IMG/VR virus record: IMGVR_UViG_3300028883_000032
Location: 1-64,000 of that record
Reading direction: 5' to 3' (one strand)
DNA length: 64,000 nt
Position 1 is the first letter of the stretch, and each line of letters starts with the position of its first letter. Made by a program: the position numbers and the translations under genes. Below, in pieces: positions 57,226-64,000 of the stretch. A model generated the notes under the pieces. That model searched no databases and was not told the origin of the DNA. It was given only the letters and a program-made list of their open reading frames with translations.

Positions 57226-57984
57226 GTGGGATACACAACAGATTTTGAAGGATCGTTTAGTATCGATCCTCCGTTAAATGAAGAAACTAAAACATTTCTT
57301 AATAAGTTCAATCAAACGCGTAGAATGGCTCGCAATGTTGATGCCAAGTATGGTATCGAAGGAGAATTCTATGTGGATGGAACAGGAGATTATGGTCAAG
57401 CACATGAAGCCAATATTATTGACTTCAACCGACCACCAAGCACACAACCCGGATTATGGTGTCAATGGACACCAAACGAAAATGGGACAGAGTTAATATG
57501 GGATGGGGGCGAGAAGTTTTACAGTTATATAGATTGGCTAAAATACCTGATCAAAAACATCTTTGAACCAAGAGGCTACACACTTAACGGTGCTGTGAAT
57601 TGGTATGGCGAAGACCGAGAAGACACGGGAGTTATTAATGTAGTCGATAACAAAGTAACATCAAACAAGTCTCTTCCAGGTTCGGGGGAACGTGTAAAAA
57701 TAGGTATTGTTGGAGTGGATAGCGGCCAACTAATGATTATGGATCCGTGCTATGCAATTGGAGATAGTGGTTTTGGTACACAAGAGGACTACAAAAAAGC
57801 CTGTGAAGTATCACACCCTGTCGGAGGCCAATTAAAATATAAAATGGGGCATGACGGTCTCGGAGTAGTGTTTTCTTCTGGATTTGGAGATGGCACCTAC
57901 GATGTTTATGCTACCATTAAAGACTGTGGAACTTGGGGAAAACGAGTCACAAAAGTTGAAGTTATTCTTATAGACGAGGACTAG
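57226..57984 (+). CDS. two-domain hypothetical protein (phage MGYTTDF-type domain + DUF4241-like domain)
   Basis: GYTTDFEG..WCQW..WDGGEKFY..GED; then GVDSGQLMIMDPCY..SGFGDGTYDV. Confidence 0.6.
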   Translation: MGYTTDFEGSFSIDPPLNEETKTFLNKFNQTRRMARNVDAKYGIEGEFYVDGTGDYGQAHEANIIDFNRPPSTQPGLWCQWTPNENGTELIWDGGEKFYSYIDWLKYLIKNIFEPRGYTLNGAVNWYGEDREDTGVINVVDNKVTSNKSLPGSGERVKIGIVGVDSGQLMIMDPCYAIGDSGFGTQEDYKKACEVSHPVGGQLKYKMGHDGLGVVFSSGFGDGTYDVYATIKDCGTWGKRVTKVEVILIDED

Positions 57985-58138
57985 GGTTTCTAATGAAAAC
58001 AATGCGCATAGGCAAAACACAAGTTTGTATACGAGTTCCTGATAACCAAGTGGAACACTGGAAAAAAGAAGGTTTTCACCTCTGCTCAAAATCCATTTGG
58101 AAAAAATTTGTAAGAAATAAGAAGTAAAAATAAAGCAC

Positions 58139-58285
58139 GGGTGATTGGCGAAATGGTACACGTCGCGGCTAACTTCCAAAAAATATTAAATCTATGGAGA
58201 AGGTAAACCGCTGGGGTATTAATTCTGTTAGATTTAAAACGGTTTTATGCAATTCCCCTTCCAAGTTCAAGTCTTGGATCGCTCT
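58139..58285 (+). ncRNA. tRNA-like RNA with enlarged anticodon and variable arms
   Basis: GGGTGAT/ATCGCTC acceptor, D loop AAATGGTA, GCGG/CCGC stem with ~38-nt insert, GGGG/CCCC long arm, CCAAG-TTCAAGT-CTTGG T arm. Confidence 0.7.
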
Positions 58286-58290
58286 GTATT

Positions 58291-58363
58291 GGGCCGGTAG
58301 CTCAGTTGGCAGAGCAGCGGACTTTTAATCCGAAGATCGACGGTTCGATCCCGTCTCGGCTCA
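58291..58363 (+). tRNA. tRNA-Lys(UUU)
   Basis: Cloverleaf, loop CT-TTT-AA. Confidence 0.93.
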
Positions 58364-58638
58364 CGAAATAGTGGAAATTGTATAATATGGCAAAATATGA
58401 CAAAGTAAATTTAGAAGAATACTTAAGAGCTGACGCTGATGGTATGCCTATATTTAGAAGATGCTTCGATCATGAAATTTTAATGTCCTTCATTAATGAT
58501 TTGGGAGCAGAGGCATTTGATAGCTGGTGGTATGAGGAAGGGGCTGAATTATTTAATAATTGGCTTAAGGACCACCCAGATTTTCATACCGAATACTGTA
58601 AACCTTTTTATAAGTAACACAGGAGAAGTTTTCCGATA

Positions 58639-58711
58639 GCCCGTATAGCTCAGCTGGCAGAGCAGCCGGCTCTTAACCGGCAGGCCCTAGGTTCGAAACC
58701 TAGTACGGGCA
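58639..58711 (+). tRNA. tRNA-Lys(CUU)
   Basis: Cloverleaf, loop CT-CTT-AA. Confidence 0.93.
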
Positions 58712-58733
58712 CTGCCAACGACAAGGAGACACC

Positions 58734-59093
58734 ATGTTTAAGGATTGGGCAATCATACTATTACAGTTGGGTGATGAAGACATCATAACAGGAGAACCCC
58801 AATTTAGATACGTATGTTTGGGGGCCATCTTTGACGAACCAGATATAACCAAAGCAGCCGAACAAACGGAAGCACTTTTGAATAGTATTGGGTATCAGGT
58901 AGAAAATCGGGAGTATAAAATCGGAGAACCTGATTTTGAGGGACCTGACTGTGACAAACACGAGGGAATTGACTACACAATTTATGATGAAACTATTGGG
59001 AACGCTGTGGTTATGCTCAATAGTTATTCTCCTGAAAAAGTCAAGGAAATTTACGATACCCTATACTACAAAAACGTCCATAACCGGGAGTAA
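58734..59093 (+). CDS. hypothetical acidic protein
   Basis: AAGGAG RBS, 119 aa. Confidence 0.6.
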   Translation: MFKDWAIILLQLGDEDIITGEPQFRYVCLGAIFDEPDITKAAEQTEALLNSIGYQVENREYKIGEPDFEGPDCDKHEGIDYTIYDETIGNAVVMLNSYSPEKVKEIYDTLYYKNVHNRE

Positions 59094-59096
59094 GCC

Positions 59097-59699
59097 ATGC
59101 TGAAGCACATCATCACTACAAAATGCCCAAGAGGGTGTGAGTATTGCATTTCAAAAAACTTGCGTGTTTCAAGTGAGTTAAGTGCCCACCAAGCCATCGA
59201 TTACTGGAAAAAATGGCTTGAGGCGTGTCATTTAGAGAAAGGCAGCGACATAAACTTAACCGGTGGAGAACCTGGAATGCACCCAGAGTTCGATGATTTT
59301 GTGTTTAATGCATGCCAATATTTTGTAAATGTTAATGTGACAACTTCATTAATATCTCTCATTAACTTTGATTATTCACATACAACAGTATTCTCTCTCC
59401 ATGGAAGAATACCATCATACGACATGGTGGTTGTGCCCGGCTGCACTGTTTATGCCTCCATATTGTCAAACGAATACTATGTTGGTATTGTTGACGATCT
59501 CGCAGATCTGGGGTTTAGAGGACTAACAATAAACGAGGACCACAGAGGTGGGGGTGTTAAAATATCTAATTTAAGTTTACCAAAAAGTCCCGAAGGTTTT
59601 AGCATAAAATGCAACTACGAGGGTTACTGTGTTAACGACGACACCCCGATTATGCTTCCGGATGGTTCAATAATTAAAGGATTTTTACCATACCTATGA
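59097..59699 (+). CDS. short radical SAM protein
   Basis: CPRGCEYC (CxxxCxxC), LTGGEP. Confidence 0.8.
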   Translation: MLKHIITTKCPRGCEYCISKNLRVSSELSAHQAIDYWKKWLEACHLEKGSDINLTGGEPGMHPEFDDFVFNACQYFVNVNVTTSLISLINFDYSHTTVFSLHGRIPSYDMVVVPGCTVYASILSNEYYVGIVDDLADLGFRGLTINEDHRGGGVKISNLSLPKSPEGFSIKCNYEGYCVNDDTPIMLPDGSIIKGFLPYL

Positions 59700-60043
59700 A
59701 CACTACAACAAGGCCAAGTGTATCAGAAGAGGTTAAAACATTGGGCCATAAACTGTTCGACCACCAGTTAACGCGCCGACTAAAAGAAAAGGGACCTCTC
59801 GCGTTTGCTGGAAGACATGAATCCTACGGCATACTTGCCGAAGAATTTAATAAAGAGCTTTTAGATGCTTTACACAGCAATGACCTATTAGACTTTGTAT
59901 GGGAATCGTTAGACGTGGCTGTAGGAGCTTTTTGGGCCGCAGTTTCGGCTATACAAGAATATGAGGATAGCTTAGATGATCATAATAGAGGGAAAACTTG
60001 GGAAGACCAATTTAATAAAAAACTTGGCGACGGTAGCTCTTGA
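59696..60043 (+). CDS. MazG-like helical protein
   Basis: HESYGILAEEF.KE..ESLDVA acidic pattern. Confidence 0.45.
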   Translation: MNTTTRPSVSEEVKTLGHKLFDHQLTRRLKEKGPLAFAGRHESYGILAEEFNKELLDALHSNDLLDFVWESLDVAVGAFWAAVSAIQEYEDSLDDHNRGKTWEDQFNKKLGDGSS

Positions 60044-60337
60044 ACAAGGCAAAAAAGTGTTGTTGGTTGATGCCGTAGACGTTTTACACATTGTTCCCTG
60101 TACATTATGCACAAGGCTGGTAAACAAATGTGACGACTCAAAAATACGAGCCAGCATAGGTATTGTGAAGGAGCATTTCCACGAGTTTGGGTTAATTGTA
60201 CTAGCACTAAATCTACCTGTTTCCCGCAAAGAAGAACTAACCAACGTTTTAAGTAAACACAAAAACGTGGTTGTTACTATACAAAATAATAGTAAAGACA
60301 CTCTGGAACAATACGAAAGCTAACCAAAATATATGAG

Positions 60338-61462
60338 GTGAAAAGATCAACAACAAAGGAATTTAAGGAAAAAGCTAACGTAGTTCACGGAAATAACTAT
60401 ATTTACGATAAAGTTGAATATGTAAATACCTATACTCAAGTAACTATCATGTGCCCAGAACATGGAGAGTTTACACAAACCCCCAATTGCCATTTAAGTG
60501 GGAGTGGTTGCCCTAAATGTGCCGGTAAATTCATGGATCGAGACTATTTTATTGAGAAAGCCAATGTAGTTCATGGAAATAATTATATTTACGATAAAGT
60601 TGAATATGTAAATACCGATACTAAAGTAACTATCATATGCCCCGAACATGGGGAGTTTACACAAATCCCCCATAACCATTTAAGTGGGAAAGGTTGCCCT
60701 AAATGTGCCGGTACATTCATGGATCGAGACTATTTTATTGAGAAAGCTAATGTAGTTCATGGAAATAAATATATTTATGATAAAGTTGAATATGTAAATA
60801 CCCATACTAAAGTAACTATCATATGTCCTGAACATGGTGAGTTTGCACAAACCCCACGTGATCATTTAAGTGGGAAAGGTTGCCCTAAATGTGCCGGTAC
60901 ATTCATGGATCGAGACTACTTTATTGAGAAAGCTAACGTAGTTCACGGAAATAAATATATTTATGATAAAGTTGAATATGTAAATACCCATATTAAAGTA
61001 ACTATCATATGCCCTGAACATGGAGAGTTTACACAAACCCCTAGTAACCATTTAAATGGGAAAGGTTGCCCTAAATGTAATTATTCCCATGGTGAACGCT
61101 ATTTTTATGAACAACTGGAATTATCTAACATAAAGTATGATCCACAAAAAACATACGACGACTTAAAGGGTTTAGGAGATGGTTTGTTGTCCTATGATTT
61201 TTATTTGCCAGAATATAATACTTTAGTAGAGATAGACGGAGTGCAACATTATAATGAAAAGTGTGGGTGGCACCAAAAAGAAGAGGATTGGACTATAAGA
61301 CAGATACACGATGAGGCTAAAAACGAATACGCCGAAAATAATAGAATTGAATTAATACGAATTCCTTATTTGAATGGTGTAAACGACGAGTTTAAAGTGC
61401 AGGTTCAACAGACTATTGACCAAATAAAAAATGCCGCCGTAGCTCAGTTGGTAGAGCGGTAG
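60338..61462 (+). CDS. putative free-standing homing endonuclease with 4 Zn-binding repeats and C-terminal PD-(D/E)XK-like domain
   Basis: 4x VHGN.YIYDKVEYVN..KVTIICPEHGEF.Q.P..HL.G.GCPKC; C-term YDFYLP..LVEIDGVQH..D..KN..LIRIPY. Confidence 0.8.
   Translation: MKRSTTKEFKEKANVVHGNNYIYDKVEYVNTYTQVTIMCPEHGEFTQTPNCHLSGSGCPKCAGKFMDRDYFIEKANVVHGNNYIYDKVEYVNTDTKVTIICPEHGEFTQIPHNHLSGKGCPKCAGTFMDRDYFIEKANVVHGNKYIYDKVEYVNTHTKVTIICPEHGEFAQTPRDHLSGKGCPKCAGTFMDRDYFIEKANVVHGNKYIYDKVEYVNTHIKVTIICPEHGEFTQTPSNHLNGKGCPKCNYSHGERYFYEQLELSNIKYDPQKTYDDLKGLGDGLLSYDFYLPEYNTLVEIDGVQHYNEKCGWHQKEEDWTIRQIHDEAKNEYAENNRIELIRIPYLNGVNDEFKVQVQQTIDQIKNAAVAQLVER
60371..61078 (+). repeat. tandem 186-bp coding repeats (~4 copies)
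   Basis: Unit starts at 60371, 60557, 60743, 60929. Confidence 0.95.
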
Positions 61463-61505
61463 ACTGAAAATCTGCGCGTCGGTGGTTCAAGTCCGCCCGG
61501 TGGCA
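61433..61505 (+). tRNA. tRNA-Phe(GAA)
   Basis: Cloverleaf, loop CT-GAA-AA. Confidence 0.95.
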
Positions 61506-61507
61506 CA

Positions 61508-61610
61508 TGGAGATTAAGTGTGGGGGTTCGAATCCCCTTTAATGGGTGGCTTCCTACATTATTTGGAACTCGTTGCGCAACGTGGGCCGGATCGAAGCCG
61601 GTAATCTCCA
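61508..61610 (+). ncRNA. candidate T-loop-containing structured RNA
   Basis: TGGAGATTA/TAATCTCCA closing stem; GGGG-TTCGAAT-CCCC near 5' end; CCGG-ATCGAAG-CCGG near 3' end. Confidence 0.45.
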
Positions 61611-61656
61611 CCTTAAAAATGGAATATGAAATAAAGACACAACTAACCATAAAGTA

Positions 61657-62805
61657 TTGTTGAAAAAATTTACACCGCTTTTTTCAGAAGATTCCAAAGG
61701 TAATATTAAACAGTGGACCATTACGGCCATTGACTGTGATGACGGTACAGCACAAATTGTAACCGAGCATGGACAGTTGGATGGCAAAATCGTCACAAGA
61801 ACAAAAAATATTACCGTTGGCAAAAACATTGGTAAATCTAATGAGACGAATCCGTACGAACAGGCGATACTCGAAGCTCAAAGTTCGTGGACCAAAAAAA
61901 GGGACCAAGAGGATTATTTTGAATCTGTAAAAGAAGCCCAAGGTCACGAAAGTAAGCTTCCAATGCTTGCTCAACCTTATGACAAGAGAAAGCATTATAT
62001 CGTATTTCCAGCATTTGTACAACCAAAGCTAGATGGAGTTCGTTGCCTTTCTTTTTGCGATAAAAACAACAAAATAAAGTTGTTATCGAGGAAAGTAAAG
62101 GACTACACAAGTATTGTTGGACGAAACGAATTCATCATCAATTCTCTTACTAAATTGATGTCACCGGGAGATGTGTTAGATGGTGAATTGTATGTCCATG
62201 GGTGGAGTTTGCAACGCATAAACTCTGCCGTAAAAAAGTATCGAGATGATACGCTGTTGCTGCAATATTGGGTATACGACTTTCCCAGTATTGCCGATAC
62301 TTTCGAAAGTCGGATAAATCGTTTAAAAGAAGTGTTTGGGAATACACGGCATCCTCAAATAGTATTGACGGAAACTGAACCAATCGATTCTGAACAAACG
62401 ATGGTTGAGTACCATAAGCGCTTTGTAAATAGAGGTTTTGAGGGTGCTATAATTCGCAATTCAAGTGGGTTATACTCTTGGGGAAACAGGAGTAATGATC
62501 TGCAAAAGTACAAGCATTTTAAAGACGACGAATTCAAAATTGTAGGGAGTTATAGTGAACAACAACAAACAAACGGAAAAGAATATACCTGCATCGTATT
62601 CATCTGTGAAACCGATGATGGCACAACTTTTCACTGTCGCCCAAAAGGGACTCTCGAAGATCGCCAGCAAGCTTGGGGAAATCGAGAAAAGTTCATTGGA
62701 AAGTATCTCACAGTCCGATACTTCACCCTCACAGATTCAGATCAAGGAAGCGGAAGAGGCGTTCCCCAGTTCCCTGTCGGAATCACCGTCAGAGATTATG
62801 AATGA
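61657..62805 (+). CDS. ATP-dependent DNA ligase
   Basis: PMLA, QPKLDGVRC, LDGELY, YDF, GFEGAIIR, RSNDLQKYK, PQFPV..RDYE. Confidence 0.93.
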   Translation: MLKKFTPLFSEDSKGNIKQWTITAIDCDDGTAQIVTEHGQLDGKIVTRTKNITVGKNIGKSNETNPYEQAILEAQSSWTKKRDQEDYFESVKEAQGHESKLPMLAQPYDKRKHYIVFPAFVQPKLDGVRCLSFCDKNNKIKLLSRKVKDYTSIVGRNEFIINSLTKLMSPGDVLDGELYVHGWSLQRINSAVKKYRDDTLLLQYWVYDFPSIADTFESRINRLKEVFGNTRHPQIVLTETEPIDSEQTMVEYHKRFVNRGFEGAIIRNSSGLYSWGNRSNDLQKYKHFKDDEFKIVGSYSEQQQTNGKEYTCIVFICETDDGTTFHCRPKGTLEDRQQAWGNREKFIGKYLTVRYFTLTDSDQGSGRGVPQFPVGITVRDYE

Positions 62806-62861
62806 CAGTGAACCCGAAATTGGACTAATGCATGGAAGGCCTGTAAGTGATGATTTGATCG

Positions 62862-63308
62862 TTGCAAAGACCGAACGATATGTTAGTAAACATTGAGCCG
62901 CATGACGCGGTAAAAGTGCAGGCTTTTCTTACTCTGGATATTTTGGGAATCCCCGTAAGTGACACGGGGATTCTCTATCCAGAAGTTTTAGATAAGTGGC
63001 CAAACCTAAAAGAAGTATGGGAGGGCCTGTTAAAAAGTCACCGACAGATAGATCTAACAGGGAAAGTACTGTTAGTAAATGGTTTAAACAATTCTACAAA
63101 ATTTAAGGTTGCCTTTATATTTACTCATAAAGGCAACAGCCCAAAGAAAGAGTGGTTAGAAAGCGCCCTAACCAAACTTCTTAAAAGGGCAGAAGAACTT
63201 GACATGGACATTCATATGCCTTATATTGAGGAAGCGCTGTGGTTTTTAAAGGGGTATGAATCTCCAATAAGTTTTGTCATGTACAAACCGGAGAACAAGG
63301 ATGAGTAA
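62862..63308 (+). CDS. hypothetical protein, possibly degenerate macro domain
   Basis: KWPNL..GKVLLV..AFIFT..EWLESAL.KL..IHMPYI pattern. Confidence 0.4.
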   Translation: MQRPNDMLVNIEPHDAVKVQAFLTLDILGIPVSDTGILYPEVLDKWPNLKEVWEGLLKSHRQIDLTGKVLLVNGLNNSTKFKVAFIFTHKGNSPKKEWLESALTKLLKRAEELDMDIHMPYIEEALWFLKGYESPISFVMYKPENKDE

Positions 63309-63720
63309 TTTCTTACTTATTAAGTACCGTCATGGAATTAATCATGGCGACGAATCAGTGGAACATGGAGTTGTGGGTATTCCCGCGGGAAGTCACATTT
63401 CTGGATCAAAGGCTTTTCAAGAAACAAGCCCACACAATAAGCTGTATGGCGCAATTTATGATGTAAACCAAAGAGCCATTGTCAGCTTGTTTACCAGTTT
63501 AGGAAACCCATATTTTACCGATGAGAGGGGAACTTTTAGACCCGATACTCGTGTACCTGGTGAAAATTGGGGAAGGCGGATTAATGTAATGATTCATAAA
63601 ACCAATAGAATCGTACCCCGCAATCAGTTTATAGAGTGGGGAGGAACCATTACAAAAGGTTCCGCAAATTACATGACGGAAGTTATGTGGAACAGGCTTC
63701 GCGACCACATGACGGCATAA
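63301..63720 (+). CDS. hypothetical protein
   Basis: ATG after AAGG, overlapping the previous gene. Confidence 0.55.
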   Translation: MSNFLLIKYRHGINHGDESVEHGVVGIPAGSHISGSKAFQETSPHNKLYGAIYDVNQRAIVSLFTSLGNPYFTDERGTFRPDTRVPGENWGRRINVMIHKTNRIVPRNQFIEWGGTITKGSANYMTEVMWNRLRDHMTA

Positions 63721-64000
63721 TGCAGGCTTTTTATCGTCACCCTAGCTTTAACAAGTCTGCGGGGATTATTGATTTCCGCGGACTTGGTAAGCAGCGGGTA
63801 GGGCCTTACCAAATTTTAAACATGTTGTAAAATGGGAGAAGTATGGTTATAGATGTAGAGAGATTAAAAAGAGAGATGGCGGAGGAAGCGAAACAACTTG
63901 AAAACTTTACTAGCCATTCTCTAGGCTACCCAGCATTTATTTTAAGACAGGCTTTAGAGTACATAACAATACTAGAGACAAAATTACAAAAGGACAGTTA

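Noticed and set aside
60494-61051. Three similar 61-aa minus-strand ORFs
   Set aside because: Antisense shadows of the coding repeat
60371-61078. CRISPR array or DGR repeat pair
   Set aside because: The repeats are in-frame 186-bp protein-domain repeats without spacers, and there is no reverse transcriptase or cas gene in the window

Overview
The window looks like a segment of a large (jumbo-type) dsDNA bacteriophage genome. Almost all genes lie on the + strand in the standard genetic code, and no virion structural genes are recognisable here. It carries 22 canonical tRNA genes, including a CUA amber suppressor and a tRNA-Leu(UAG) split by an 803-nt group I intron with an antisense HTH/LAGLIDADG-like ORF. 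It also carries an unusually large set of atypical tRNA-like and structured RNAs: a YrlA/Y-RNA-like permuted tRNA mimic, tRNAs with arm insertions, a family of 2-3 paralogous ~200-nt ncRNAs and a ~770-nt GOLLD-sized RNA. Protein genes include a ~16.5-kb glycan synthesis/modification cluster (20 genes), nucleotide and DNA metabolism genes (class II RNR, dUTPase, ThyX, RecU, ATP-dependent ligase, C5 methylase) and tRNA/translation maintenance enzymes (frameshifted Thg1, PTH2-like, RNase Z-like, nucleotidyltransferase, truncated AlaRS). Two host-like envelope genes (PilX-like pilin, T9SS-tailed protein) suggest an FCB-group host. The best candidates for an undescribed system are two separate phage-encoded ubiquitin-like conjugation modules. 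The 44.8-49.5 kb module encodes an active E2, a Cys-less pseudo-E2 paralogue, JAB, E1 and a Ubl. The 30.5-34.7 kb module encodes a large protein, a Ubl-GG fusion, JAB and E1. A fixed-position AACCA element about 14 nt upstream of many start codons is also notable. All assignments come from reading motifs by eye; no database searches were run.
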